From a virus (Duplodnaviria > Caudoviricetes): a stretch of 56,596 nt of DNA. Under the pieces are notes generated by a model, which had not been told where the DNA came from, made no database searches, and saw only the letters and a list, made by a program, of their open reading frames with translations. The position numbers and the translations under genes were made by a program. This document shows positions 36,203-47,459 of the stretch, piece by piece; position 1 is the stretch's first letter, and each line of letters begins with the position of its first letter. The stretch is from the IMG/VR virus record IMGVR_UViG_3300042292_000782, positions 1-56,596 of that record; one strand, given 5' to 3'.

Positions 36203-36729
36203 AAACCGTTTTAAAAAATAGAACATTATGGTACGATGGAACTATTCAAGTACCTACTAATAATTTAATGAAATGGTTATCATATAACAAGGTTGCTGTT
36301 ACAGAATTAACAGATGATATACTAAAATATAACAAAAATGTTATGAACAGTAATAAGATTCTTGTTAAAGATAGTATGTCACAATTAGATACGTCGTGGA
36401 ATATCCCACAATTTTACCATGATATTGATATTGAAACATATATTAATGACGCGCTAATAAGAGTAGGTATTAGTGACGAGTTATCTGATACCGAGTTTGT
36501 TGATAGGTATAAACGAGTACAAAACGAGTTAACAGTGTTTATTCAGTTAGAATTAATTGAATTATTGAAGACACTGATTTATATTATCGATTCATTTAAG
36601 GACAATAATGTTGTTTGGGGTGTTGGACGAGGTAGTTCGGTATCCAGTTATATTTTATATCTCTTAGAAGTACATGATATCGATAGTGTTACATATGAAT
36701 TAGATTTTAATGAATTTTTGAGGTATTAA
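36199..36729 (+). CDS. DNA polymerase III alpha (DnaE)-like fragment
   Basis: VVWGVGRGSSVSSYILYLL.VH.ID...Y.L.F..FL. Confidence 0.75.
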   Translation: MKTVLKNRTLWYDGTIQVPTNNLMKWLSYNKVAVTELTDDILKYNKNVMNSNKILVKDSMSQLDTSWNIPQFYHDIDIETYINDALIRVGISDELSDTEFVDRYKRVQNELTVFIQLELIELLKTLIYIIDSFKDNNVVWGVGRGSSVSSYILYLLEVHDIDSVTYELDFNEFLRY

Positions 36730-36732
36730 ATA

Positions 36733-37047
36733 ATGTCAAAAGTAAAGTCAGTATTAGGTGATGTTGTAGATTTTGAAATGATGAGAATTATGGAAGAATA
36801 CGGCGCAACCAACATATCCACAGTAACGCCAGCTAGACCCACCACAACTACAGTCAACCCAGCAGCTTTAGTTATAGACAACATTGCCGCTCAGGTAAGC
36901 ATCATAGGTAGACCGGAATATATTTCATCTACTGTACCGGTAACAGAACAAATTATTGAACTTGTTGTAGAACCACAAATTACAATTGTAGAACCAGAAA
37001 CCGCTACAAAAAATGTAAAACCCGCTACTAAAAAAGGAGAAATTTAA
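36733..37047 (+). CDS. Hypothetical protein
   Basis: 104 aa ORF, S..G.VVDFE motif. Confidence 0.55.
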   Translation: MSKVKSVLGDVVDFEMMRIMEEYGATNISTVTPARPTTTTVNPAALVIDNIAAQVSIIGRPEYISSTVPVTEQIIELVVEPQITIVEPETATKNVKPATKKGEI

Positions 37048-37340
37048 TGAATTTTCGTACTCTTTATGATAAGATTTTGTTTACGTTTGACGATGCGCAT
37101 GGGTCAACAGGGTTTAATAATGTATCCACTGGCGGTATTGTTTTTTCAAGTTTTCACCACGACGCTAGTTCTCCAAGATGGGGCACTGCTATTAAAATTG
37201 GCGACGATGTAAAAGATGTAGCTGTTGGTGATAAAATTTTAATTGAGCCGTTGAAGTGGACAGAAGCACATAAAATTGACGGCGTTGAATTTTGGATGAC
37301 AACAGAAGAACAAGTAATGTGCGTGGATAAAAAAGAATGA
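37047..37340 (+). CDS. groES: GroES-like co-chaperonin
   Basis: L.DKIL, STGGIV, G..I.IG.DV.DV.VGDKIL, E..V. Confidence 0.85.
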   Translation: MNFRTLYDKILFTFDDAHGSTGFNNVSTGGIVFSSFHHDASSPRWGTAIKIGDDVKDVAVGDKILIEPLKWTEAHKIDGVEFWMTTEEQVMCVDKKE

Positions 37341-37486
37341 AATATTCAATAACAGTATTACCAAAATATCAAACTAAATTACTAGGTAAATACGATAATT
37401 GGAATAATCTTAATAGATTAGAATTAGGTTTTTCAAGTTCTGTTAATATAGTAAATTGTAATTATCAAGTTTATTATAAATAATTT

Positions 37487-37511
37487 AAACACCTAGCAAT
37501 GCTAGGTGTTT
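37487..37511. terminator. Intrinsic terminator
   Basis: AAACACCTAGC-aat-GCTAGGTGTTT. Confidence 0.7.
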
Positions 37512-37583
37512 CTATGTTTAGACGATCGTTTGTTCGTTAAATAACCTACCTAAATATTTAAAATAATTTAGTAGAGAATAATA

Positions 37584-38615
37584 ATGAAAATATTTGAAAT
37601 TTTACAAATCGATGAAAAACGTGCTAACCCACAAAGTAACGTAAAACAAAGCGCTTATGAACAAGTTAGAAAATATTTAAACGAGCCTGACACGTTTATT
37701 CATTTTTCACAAATACAAAAAATTGGCGTTAACCCCGGTCAATCATATAAAACAACACCATTTGGGGTATATGGCTATCCAATCCAAGATTTTTGGAATG
37801 CGTACAAAATGGACACAGTAAAAGATTTTAAAAAGACAAAAATGTTTGCTACCGGGTACAAATATATTATTATTTTTAAATGGAGTGGGAAGGGACGGTT
37901 TGTTAGTGATATGAATCAATACTCTAAAGAAGATTTCCAACAAGATATTATTAAGTTGCGTGAATTCTTTACACCTGAGCAAATTAAAGCATCTATGCCA
38001 GATCAACGTGGTAAAATTGAAAAAAAACTCACCGACATTAAATATAAACTTACCGGGATGAGCCATTTAATTGATAATAGACCAATTAAAACCTTTTGGG
38101 GTTTAACGTATCTGTTGGTAGGTAAAAATATTGTACAGTGGTCAAATTTATTACGTAAACTTGGTTATGCTGGTTTTTGTGATCACGGTACATCTACCAT
38201 TCACCCAGGTGAGCCATTCCAAGGTGTATTTTTTGATCGTTCGTATATAACAGAACTTGATTTTGTGTATAATCAGTCATTTAATAAAATTGATTATATG
38301 GGTAGTTCGACAGACGGTACCCGTGAAAGACCAAAAGATCACCATGATATGTACCACCCGGTAACAAAAGGGTACAACCTTGATTACGCTGATAAAAAAG
38401 AATTACTTCAAAATGCAATAAAACAATTAGATAGTGTTAAACGCGCAATTAAATCAAAAACAGAAACATTGAAAGCGTATCAATCAGCTAATATAACAAA
38501 TAGCCCTGAAATTAATCAAGAGATCAATAAACTTGCTGCAGAACTTAAACAACTTAGAAACCAATATGTCAAATATGACGCTAGTGTAAAAAATATTCAA
38601 GCAAGTATGAGTTAA
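37584..38615 (+). CDS. Hypothetical, probable virion-internal protein
   Basis: MKIFEILQIDE leader, TAAATA at 37551, C-terminal coiled coil. Confidence 0.6.
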   Translation: MKIFEILQIDEKRANPQSNVKQSAYEQVRKYLNEPDTFIHFSQIQKIGVNPGQSYKTTPFGVYGYPIQDFWNAYKMDTVKDFKKTKMFATGYKYIIIFKWSGKGRFVSDMNQYSKEDFQQDIIKLREFFTPEQIKASMPDQRGKIEKKLTDIKYKLTGMSHLIDNRPIKTFWGLTYLLVGKNIVQWSNLLRKLGYAGFCDHGTSTIHPGEPFQGVFFDRSYITELDFVYNQSFNKIDYMGSSTDGTRERPKDHHDMYHPVTKGYNLDYADKKELLQNAIKQLDSVKRAIKSKTETLKAYQSANITNSPEINQEINKLAAELKQLRNQYVKYDASVKNIQASMS

Positions 38616-38619
38616 TATC

Positions 38620-38627
38620 TATAAATA
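38620..38627 (+). promoter_or_regulatory. T4-like late promoter
   Basis: TATAAATA about 33 nt before the fibre gene start. Confidence 0.65.
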
Positions 38628-38660
38628 CGGTATTATCCACCTCATAGACTGCAATGAATT

Positions 38661-41600
38661 ATGGCACTTAATGATTATATTATAAAATACAGTTCAACAG
38701 ACGATGTTAGTAAGGCCGGAGCGTACTCCAAACCATCATTCGTTGTCAGTGAGCGTTCTACTAATACTTCATCTTCATCTTTAACATTATTTGGAAAGTA
38801 TAGCTTATCGTACGGTGAAAACCTACAAACCGATCTAGTACGAATGCTAGAAAACTATGCTAGGGATACATCACCAGCAAACCCAACTGTTGGTCAATTA
38901 TGGTTCGATACTAATACTAAAATCTTAAAAGTGTATACACCGACCGCATCAGCACCTGTTTGGAATGCCGTAGGTGGTGGATCGTCAAGTGGTACCGGTA
39001 CAAGTACTGGTACATTAGCAATTGCTACAATATCATCGTTAGGTGGGATTATAGTAGGTGCACCTTTTGAGATATCCTCATATGGCACTCTGTCCTTACC
39101 GAGTATTACATTTTCACCAGCAGTAGCGGCAATATCAGCTCCAGCTGAGTACACTTTTGCATCCAACTTACAAATAAGCGGTGGTGCTTATAGCTCTGAT
39201 AATAATAATTTTATTGTGCCGACGGTTTCAAAACCTGCATCGTATTTTAACAAATATTTTATTACTAAATCGTACGCTGACGCTAATTATGTAAAAACAG
39301 TTAGTGCCACATCATTACCTGCTTGGTTACCCACAATTACACCAACAAAAGGTGTATTGATTTATGATGGTACAAACGCTGTATGGAGTAAAGCTGGAGC
39401 AGCTAATCAGGTATTAACATGCACCGATAATGCTGGTACGGTCAGTTGGACAACACTAACTGGTGGTAGCGGTAGTGGTGTTTTACCTGTTGCCACTAGA
39501 ACTATTTTAGGTGGGGTGAGACCTCAATACCCGTTATCTGTAAATGGTACTGGTGATATTGCATTAACGGATGTTTTATTCCGACCTTATGTAGCAGTTG
39601 TTGGTAATACACCTTCTGTACCAGCTGAGTATGATTTTGTAGCTAACGTAAAAACTACCGGTGATGCATATAGTGCTGATTTAAATAATAATATTGGCGT
39701 TGATATTACAAAAGCACCAGCAGATTTTGACCCGTATTTTGTTACTAAAAAATACGCAGATATGCATTACGCTGCACTTGGTTCAGCTGGAGGAGGTGCA
39801 TCAACGATCGCTACAGCCACAGTATTAGGTAACATTATTGTAGGTGCACCGTTTGCGGTATCACCAACTGGTACATTAACATTGCCAGGTGTTACATATG
39901 CGCCCGCATCATCTGAATATACGATTGACGCAATTACTAAAATGTCAAAACCGTTGTATAGCTCAGATCAAGATAATACGGTAGATGCTGATAATTCAAA
40001 ACCATCGACTTATTATGATGGGTATTATATTACTAAACATTATGCAGAAAGTAAATACGCTAAATTAACCGGTGGTGGATCGGGGAGTGGTACATACCTT
40101 TTACCAACAGCTACCCCTACTGTTATGGGTGGTATAAAAGTTGGTGACCCGTTGACAGTTTCAGCACTGGGTGTGTTATCTTTAGCTAACGTAACATATG
40201 ATTCAACGAAGTCAGTTTATACGTTTGCGGCATCAATTGCTTCAAGTTCAGAATTATATAGCAGCGACGTAAGAAACAAAGTCGATTCCGATACAACCAA
40301 ACCAGCGAACTATTATGACGGATATTTCATTACTAAAAATTATGCTGATACGCGGTATGCTCCTATTGGTGCTGGTGGCGGCGGTGGTGGAACTGGTACG
40401 ATCGCATCAGTTTCTGTAGTAGGTGGTATTAAAATTGCTGCACCGTTTGCAATCGATACAACTGGAGTTCTTGCATTACGTCAAGTTACCTACACTGATG
40501 CAATTACAGCTAACCCGACTGCTACCCCACCGGTATTAGCTAAAGCAGCAGAATATGTTGTTGACGCAGCTATTAAATCATCAAAATGGGCTTATAGCAC
40601 TGATGTTGATAATACCATTGGAACTGATTCAACACAGAGTGCGACATATTACGATGGGTTCTTTGTTACTAAACATTATGCTGATTTGCATTATGCGCCA
40701 ATTAGTGGTTCGGGTGGTACCGGTGGTACAAATCCTTATACTTTAACGGTTGCAACAGCTACAGCGTTAGGTGGTGTTAAAATTGGAGCACCATTTACAA
40801 TTGATGTAGCTGGTGTGTTATCTTTACCAAACTTAACATATACTACAGCTGGTACAGTTAATACGTATGAGTTTGCTGCAGGTACTAAAACATTCGAAAT
40901 CTTTAGTACTGACGACGATAATAAAATCTTTAGTGATACCACTAAAGCTGCTACATATTATGACAAATATTTTGTAACAAAACATTTTGCTGATACGCGT
41001 TATATGTTAGCTACAGCTAACTATACATTACCTCCTGCATCCGCAACCGGATTAGGTGGTGTAAAAGTATTATCGCCGTTGAATGTATCTGTTAGTGGTG
41101 AATTATCACTACCATATTTTACTTTAGATAATGTAAAAACAGAATATAGTATTGCAGCTAATATCAAAACAACATTAGATGCGTATAGCTCTGATACGGA
41201 CAACAATATAGGTAAAGATGCTACTAAACCTGCATCAGCTTATGACCCGTACTTTGTTACTAAACATTATGCAGATGCTCGTTACGCTCCAATTGCTTCT
41301 AGTGTATTACCTGGTTCTGCGAATTTTACTGTAACTGAACCGTTAATGGTAACAGGTACGGTTCTATCATTAAGAAAAGTTGTATACGATAGTGTTCATG
41401 ATGAATATAGATTTGCTGCTAATATTAAAGCATTAGCAGGTGCGTATAGCGCAGACCTTGATAATGGTATTTTAAAATCTGCTACTATACCAGCTGCTGA
41501 TTATGAATATTATTTTACAACAAAACATTATAATGATGCTAATTACCTAAAAGTTGGTACAGCAATTGATACATCAGCTACAGCAAAATCAAAAAATATA

Positions 41601-42476
41601 ATTGAATATGCTACAGGTTTTCAGTTATCAGATTTAGATGGTAAAGATGGTGCGTTAGTAACTAAAAAATATGTTGATGATAAAACAGTTGGACCAACAA
41701 CAAAATCAACATTTGCTGACAAATCAGTAATATTCTCATCTGGAACAACATTAGCTGAATCGTCGAGTTTCAAATACGATACTGCTAATAATGTATTATC
41801 TGTTAAAAATCTTGTATTAGAATCAATAACAACTGATACAACAGCTGCATTAACAATTTATAATCCAACAGCATCAGCTACATCTGGTGCAACGGTTAAT
41901 TTATTCTCAAGTCCAGTACCTGTAACACCTGTTGTCGCTAAACCAGCTAATGCATCAGGTACATTATTAGGGTCAGTTAAATTTGGTGGTTGGGACAGTG
42001 CTGCACCATTTGTTGGTGCAAAATTAGAGGCATTTAGTTCTGAATTGTGGACAAGTACAGCGCACGGTTGTAATTTAGTCCTTAGTGTTACTAAAAACGG
42101 TCAAAGAGATCCTGTACCAGCATTAACAGTTAACAATGATAATTCAGTTAGCTTCCCTGGTGGTATCGTTGAGACGGTTTATAATACTGGTAGTGCAACT
42201 TGGACGTTAGATCCATCACAAGGTTCTATGCAGATATTAACAACAGCTGCGAATACAACAATTACGATGCCGGCTGCTGCAGCATTAACAGGTAAAAGCG
42301 TTACAGTGTTGATAAAATACACAGGAACGCATACAATTACATGGACTGGAGCTATTAGCTGGGAAAGTAATGTTGTGCCTGTTCCAACATCAATCGCTGG
42401 CACAACTGATTTATTCTCATTCTTTGGTGACGGTACTAAAATTTATGGTTTGTGCGGTGGTCAAGCATTTCCATAA
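38661..42476 (+). CDS. Tail fibre protein with internal repeats
   Basis: Shared N-terminal domain; about 7 repeats of AT...LGGIKVG.P...YFVTKHYAD. Confidence 0.8.
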   Translation: MALNDYIIKYSSTDDVSKAGAYSKPSFVVSERSTNTSSSSLTLFGKYSLSYGENLQTDLVRMLENYARDTSPANPTVGQLWFDTNTKILKVYTPTASAPVWNAVGGGSSSGTGTSTGTLAIATISSLGGIIVGAPFEISSYGTLSLPSITFSPAVAAISAPAEYTFASNLQISGGAYSSDNNNFIVPTVSKPASYFNKYFITKSYADANYVKTVSATSLPAWLPTITPTKGVLIYDGTNAVWSKAGAANQVLTCTDNAGTVSWTTLTGGSGSGVLPVATRTILGGVRPQYPLSVNGTGDIALTDVLFRPYVAVVGNTPSVPAEYDFVANVKTTGDAYSADLNNNIGVDITKAPADFDPYFVTKKYADMHYAALGSAGGGASTIATATVLGNIIVGAPFAVSPTGTLTLPGVTYAPASSEYTIDAITKMSKPLYSSDQDNTVDADNSKPSTYYDGYYITKHYAESKYAKLTGGGSGSGTYLLPTATPTVMGGIKVGDPLTVSALGVLSLANVTYDSTKSVYTFAASIASSSELYSSDVRNKVDSDTTKPANYYDGYFITKNYADTRYAPIGAGGGGGGTGTIASVSVVGGIKIAAPFAIDTTGVLALRQVTYTDAITANPTATPPVLAKAAEYVVDAAIKSSKWAYSTDVDNTIGTDSTQSATYYDGFFVTKHYADLHYAPISGSGGTGGTNPYTLTVATATALGGVKIGAPFTIDVAGVLSLPNLTYTTAGTVNTYEFAAGTKTFEIFSTDDDNKIFSDTTKAATYYDKYFVTKHFADTRYMLATANYTLPPASATGLGGVKVLSPLNVSVSGELSLPYFTLDNVKTEYSIAANIKTTLDAYSSDTDNNIGKDATKPASAYDPYFVTKHYADARYAPIASSVLPGSANFTVTEPLMVTGTVLSLRKVVYDSVHDEYRFAANIKALAGAYSADLDNGILKSATIPAADYEYYFTTKHYNDANYLKVGTAIDTSATAKSKNIIEYATGFQLSDLDGKDGALVTKKYVDDKTVGPTTKSTFADKSVIFSSGTTLAESSSFKYDTANNVLSVKNLVLESITTDTTAALTIYNPTASATSGATVNLFSSPVPVTPVVAKPANASGTLLGSVKFGGWDSAAPFVGAKLEAFSSELWTSTAHGCNLVLSVTKNGQRDPVPALTVNNDNSVSFPGGIVETVYNTGSATWTLDPSQGSMQILTTAANTTITMPAAAALTGKSVTVLIKYTGTHTITWTGAISWESNVVPVPTSIAGTTDLFSFFGDGTKIYGLCGGQAFP

Positions 42477-42487
42477 TAGTTAGTAAT

Positions 42488-42511
42488 TGAGGGTTGTATG
42501 TACAGCCCTCA
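42488..42511 (+). terminator. Intergenic hairpin
   Basis: TGAGGGTTGTA-tg-TACAGCCCTCA. Confidence 0.55.
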
Positions 42512-42560
42512 CAGCTAAAAATAATTAATGAGATTTAAATATTTTTCCTAGGTTTATTAT

Positions 42561-45500
42561 ATGCCAATATCATCCGCATTAAAGGTAAGAAATAAAAGTA
42601 TTAGAGCTACATATGCGACTATTACAGGTGGGACCGTACATTGTAGAAAAAATATAGCTGTTACGCCTTTTACTCCTATAACTGGTCTAAATGGTAAACC
42701 ATTCGTAGATGTCGTCACAAACGAGACGTATTATGACTACTATGTTGATCCAACAGGTAATCCTCTACCAGCTGGATTATCATTAAATAGTAGAACAGGG
42801 CAAGTTACGGGTACACCTACGGTTTCAACTGTTGTTAGTGCGACATCGTTCGGGATTGATTGTAAGTTTGCAGTTCGCGATTCAAGAAACAAACGTGCAT
42901 ATAAAGAAAGTACAGTAACATTTGTAATTACTGAACCGTTAGCAGCGACAGTACCAACCGATAAGAAAATAGTAGGTATTGTTAACCAAGTTGTAGTCGA
43001 TAAATCAATATTTGCGACAATAACAGGTGGTCGTCCACCATACGTATACACAGTTACACAAGGTGTGTTACCTGCTGATGTTGAAATCGATCAAACAACC
43101 GGTAAACTAACAGGTACACCATCTGAAACAAAACGTACGTTTACAGACCCATCACAAACAGATGTATTACCAATAACATCAGCGGTATTAATTGAAGCTC
43201 AAGATTTTTACGGCGATGTTGTAACTTCTACGTTTGATTTTGATGTCATTGATTCTGTTATCGCTATACCTAGAATGGATACGTTAGATATAACAAAGAA
43301 TTTTGTTATTAAAGGTGTGATCCCGTTAGCTATTAGTTACCAATCGTTTAATAGTGTTGTTTCAGGTACACCACCATATACGTACTTTATTTCTACTAAA
43401 CAGAAAGATCCTTTACCCGCTGGTATAACCCTTAACGCAACAACTGGTTTGTTTTCAGGTACCTATGGGAGTACTTCAGAATATACAGGTACAATTCAAA
43501 TTTCTGTAAAAGATTCAACAAACGCAATTGCTGCAAAAATTGCAAAAGTGGATATCAATGCTTATTTACCGTTTGTGGTCGTAGTTACAAATAAAGTCGG
43601 CACCACCGATAAAACAACGTACGATAGTATTGAACTTAAGGCTATTGATGTTAAAGCTTTAAAAGGTCAATATGGTGCTCCTCCCTATACATTTTCAGTT
43701 ACTTCATGTAAGTATACTAGCAAAACAAACGTTATCACCACTACTTCAACATTACCGACAGGTGTTACGTTAACAGCAATAGATGGTACCGTAAAAACAA
43801 CAACAGGTTTACCGACAGGTACATATGAATTAACATATAGAGTTGTTGATTCTGCTGGTACAGTCGCAGCAAACGTACCTGTAATAACGTTAGCTGTATC
43901 AGATGCAGTTGCCGCTAATTCATTAGTAACCGTAAAAAATTATGAAATGTATGTTGGTACCTCACCTTCAGCATTCTCAGTAGGTTTTGACGTATTAGGA
44001 GCTGAATTAGGTATACCACCATATACGTTTAAAGTAGAACCAGCTCTACCTTCAGGTATGTTGATGACAACATTACCTACCAAATGTTTTATTAATGGTA
44101 TTCCTAACGAACCAGTCGATAAAGCATATGTATTTTCTGTTAAAGATAGTACAGGGATGCAGGCAAAATATACAGAAACTCTTAATTTTAAAATTGTCGC
44201 ACATTTAACATCATCTGCTAATGTAACAGATATCGATGGATATATCGATACGTTAGTTGAACCGGTTGATATTTTTGATTCGATCACTGGTGGTTACCCT
44301 CCATACACTGTTACACAGTTAACTGGTTCACTTAGACCTGAACTATCCATTGTAGCAATGGGTTTTGTGTATAATGATACAAATACCGGTAAAGATGTCA
44401 CGGTTGATATACCTAAAATTTGGGGTAATGCACTAATAACCGGTTCAGGAACAGGTACACCAATATTAGGTATAAATAATACGTATGGGTACGCAAGTCA
44501 AGATACTTATACATTTAGAGTTACAGATTCGAGAGGTGAAGTTAGTCCAAATATTGCGACATTAAATTATAATATCTATAGACCAATTCGCGGTGTAGCG
44601 ACACGTATCCCGCCTGTTGTGACCGGTATTGCAGAATCTACTAGTGTATCGTTTGTACCAATAACGCCAATCGACGGTGTACCACCATATACTATCAATG
44701 TTACTAAAACAATAACAGATAGATCTAAAAAACCTCCTGTAAAAGTTACGTACCCAACGTTAGGTCTTAAAACAGTTCAACCTAATAAAATAGCTGGAAC
44801 ACCTAATGCAGGTTATTCAGGTTATTTGTATTATTATCTTACTGATAGCACGGGTGGACGTACTAATAATATACCTGTACGTTTTGAAATTACCCCTAAA
44901 ATATCCGCTGTAAAATATACAAAACCAATTGAAGTTATGTATGTTAAAGGTTATCCAAAGTTTGAAATTACAGATAGAACAGGTACTGGTGATCCTGTTG
45001 TAACACTTGTAGACAATTTTAAATACCCATTCTTTAAATCTGTAATTGGTGGGTCAACACCGTACGTTTATTATGAAACGGATTCTACCGGTAAATCTGT
45101 AGCAACATCGCAAATACCACCAGGGTGGAGTATTGATTCCTTTGGCAACTTAGCAACTATCGGTGGTGATCATTGGAGTCTGTTCCCAACAAAAATATTA
45201 TATTGCGCGGTAGCTGATGCTAATTTAGTTAAAGCAGCAGATGTTAGTGGTATACAGATAACGTTAAATGATGCGTTTACAACAGAATTGGTAGATAATA
45301 CATCAGAAAATGCTTCTAGTGTAACCAGCTTTAATAGCACTATATCTAATACGTTAGTTACTAAACAAACCGGTGACAACTTTACATCGTTTATACCTGT
45401 TAGAGGTAAAAATGGGTCAGGTAGATACGGTTATATGTTTGATTTAACAACAGTATCTCCCACACCTGTACTAAATTACTTACAAATTAATGGGACGACA

Positions 45501-47336
45501 GGTGAAATTAAATTAAAACCTTTACCAAACGGTACACCTGTCACTAAGTTTACCGATATTGTTGATTTGAAAATTGGCATTAAAGTTACTGATAACTTCA
45601 CTAACGAGTCAATTGTGGTCTCAGGTGCTACACGTATCGTAACAGTTAATCCAATGACAGTAACTGCTATTAATGCGACCGTTAATTTTGATAAAGATAC
45701 AACACATAACAACGATCCAATATTTACAGTAGCGGGTGGTTCTGGTACGTACCAATTTGATTCAATTGATCCGCCGATGCCTACTAACCCATTAGCGTTT
45801 ACCAGTACAGGTGGTCTAACTGGTGCAGCAAATGTTATTATACCAGAAACAAGATTTAAAGTTACGTTTAAAGATATCGTATATGGTACTAAAGTGTTCG
45901 GGTATGTTACGTTCTCTGTAACATCTGGTTTTATTGTTGTACCAGTAGCTTCATCTGGACCTGTTGCTGTTACCGGTCTTGGTAAACCCGCTCTTATTAA
46001 TCTTAACACGATTAAAACAATATCACAATTAACGTCTACACAATTACTTAACAATCCGGTAAAAATACGTATAGATATTGATACAAATGTATCATCGGTT
46101 AATACAACCATACCAGCTTTAACTGTTAGTATTCCGACCGGTTTACACCCCGATACAACGATTAAACTTATAACAAAAACTGGTAGTATTGTGGGTGCTG
46201 GCGGTAAAGGTGGTGTACCTAGTACTAACCCTGTTACCGCAAACGGTGGGGGAGGTGGCCCAGCTTTAAAATTAGATACAGGCTCAATTGTCGTTGATGT
46301 TGAATGTTTACCTGGTACCTTTATCGGTGGGGGAGGTGGGGGTGGTGGCGCAAGTGGTGCCAGTTGGAGATATTATAAAGGTCCAATAGTTCGTATGTAT
46401 GCAACAGAAGATTATACAAACGGTTCTGTACAGGTTTATAATGGTTCAAATTGGGTAGCGATTGGACAAATAAGTAATAACCCTGAGTATATGCGTATGA
46501 CTTACGTATTGGACACAACCTACGGTGATTTAAACTATATTAATTCGGGTCCGACAGGTAGAAATACATCTCTGGATTATAGTATACCAACGCCAATGCC
46601 TTCGCCAATACCATCAGGTACACAAAAAATAACGTATCAAGCTTACACCAAAATGTTGTGGATAACGTTTAAAAACTTACCGTTACCTAACGCTCGCCAA
46701 ACAGATAAGCCATACTACGCTAGTACGTATTTTACAAGCGGTCAAGGTTTTGGTGGTAATGGATATGGATACAATGGAGCTATGGTAGCAACAGCTGGTT
46801 ATAACGGCGCTAAAGGCGCTCCAGCTAACTTATTAGGTAATTCAGATCCGCGAGGTACAGCTGCGTACTTAATAACATTTACGGATCCAAGCACCATTAA
46901 TACATCCAAACTATTATTAAACGGTGTTGGATCTGCTGCAAACCCAACGGTAACCTATCTTAAATCTCTTGGTATTACCAATAGCGCTAACGGGTCAGTA
47001 TGGGTTAAAGATAGTTTGCTGTATTCAGCTGGCACCTCTGCATCCGCAGGCGAAGGTATTACACCAGGTCTTGGAGGTTTGAATATCGATGAAACGACAA
47101 TAACAGATCGGTACAATTGGTTGCCATACTATGGTGCTGGTGGGGGAGGTGGTGCTGGGGGTGTAGGTGGTGATGGTGGTAGTGCAGCATCAGCGCCTCC
47201 AAGTGACGCACCGGTTCTTTCAGCGTTACCATTAGGTGGTGTCGGTGGCGCTCCAGGTCCTGCAATTGTAACCGCTACAACGACACCGCTACCAAATTTG
47301 ATAACACCTTCGTTGGTTCATGGTGACGTTCTTTAA
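42561..47336 (+). CDS. Large Ig-like-repeat virion protein with a Gly-rich adhesin-like C-terminus
   Basis: Repeated GG.PPY.Y...LP.G..L...TG.ITGTP; GAGGKGG / GGGGGGGASG motifs. Confidence 0.78.
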   Translation: MPISSALKVRNKSIRATYATITGGTVHCRKNIAVTPFTPITGLNGKPFVDVVTNETYYDYYVDPTGNPLPAGLSLNSRTGQVTGTPTVSTVVSATSFGIDCKFAVRDSRNKRAYKESTVTFVITEPLAATVPTDKKIVGIVNQVVVDKSIFATITGGRPPYVYTVTQGVLPADVEIDQTTGKLTGTPSETKRTFTDPSQTDVLPITSAVLIEAQDFYGDVVTSTFDFDVIDSVIAIPRMDTLDITKNFVIKGVIPLAISYQSFNSVVSGTPPYTYFISTKQKDPLPAGITLNATTGLFSGTYGSTSEYTGTIQISVKDSTNAIAAKIAKVDINAYLPFVVVVTNKVGTTDKTTYDSIELKAIDVKALKGQYGAPPYTFSVTSCKYTSKTNVITTTSTLPTGVTLTAIDGTVKTTTGLPTGTYELTYRVVDSAGTVAANVPVITLAVSDAVAANSLVTVKNYEMYVGTSPSAFSVGFDVLGAELGIPPYTFKVEPALPSGMLMTTLPTKCFINGIPNEPVDKAYVFSVKDSTGMQAKYTETLNFKIVAHLTSSANVTDIDGYIDTLVEPVDIFDSITGGYPPYTVTQLTGSLRPELSIVAMGFVYNDTNTGKDVTVDIPKIWGNALITGSGTGTPILGINNTYGYASQDTYTFRVTDSRGEVSPNIATLNYNIYRPIRGVATRIPPVVTGIAESTSVSFVPITPIDGVPPYTINVTKTITDRSKKPPVKVTYPTLGLKTVQPNKIAGTPNAGYSGYLYYYLTDSTGGRTNNIPVRFEITPKISAVKYTKPIEVMYVKGYPKFEITDRTGTGDPVVTLVDNFKYPFFKSVIGGSTPYVYYETDSTGKSVATSQIPPGWSIDSFGNLATIGGDHWSLFPTKILYCAVADANLVKAADVSGIQITLNDAFTTELVDNTSENASSVTSFNSTISNTLVTKQTGDNFTSFIPVRGKNGSGRYGYMFDLTTVSPTPVLNYLQINGTTGEIKLKPLPNGTPVTKFTDIVDLKIGIKVTDNFTNESIVVSGATRIVTVNPMTVTAINATVNFDKDTTHNNDPIFTVAGGSGTYQFDSIDPPMPTNPLAFTSTGGLTGAANVIIPETRFKVTFKDIVYGTKVFGYVTFSVTSGFIVVPVASSGPVAVTGLGKPALINLNTIKTISQLTSTQLLNNPVKIRIDIDTNVSSVNTTIPALTVSIPTGLHPDTTIKLITKTGSIVGAGGKGGVPSTNPVTANGGGGGPALKLDTGSIVVDVECLPGTFIGGGGGGGGASGASWRYYKGPIVRMYATEDYTNGSVQVYNGSNWVAIGQISNNPEYMRMTYVLDTTYGDLNYINSGPTGRNTSLDYSIPTPMPSPIPSGTQKITYQAYTKMLWITFKNLPLPNARQTDKPYYASTYFTSGQGFGGNGYGYNGAMVATAGYNGAKGAPANLLGNSDPRGTAAYLITFTDPSTINTSKLLLNGVGSAANPTVTYLKSLGITNSANGSVWVKDSLLYSAGTSASAGEGITPGLGGLNIDETTITDRYNWLPYYGAGGGGGAGGVGGDGGSAASAPPSDAPVLSALPLGGVGGAPGPAIVTATTTPLPNLITPSLVHGDVL

Positions 47337-47352
47337 AATACTTTAGTTACAT

Positions 47353-47383
47353 AACAGCTTAAGACTAAAAATCTTAAGCTGTT
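47353..47383 (+). terminator. Intergenic hairpin/terminator
   Basis: AACAGCTTAAGA...TCTTAAGCTGTT. Confidence 0.65.
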
Positions 47384-47459
47384 CCTATGTGTGCCAAAAA
47401 TGCTAAAGAATTTCCTTAATAAATAAGATATTATCCATTTCATATAAAATAATGATATC

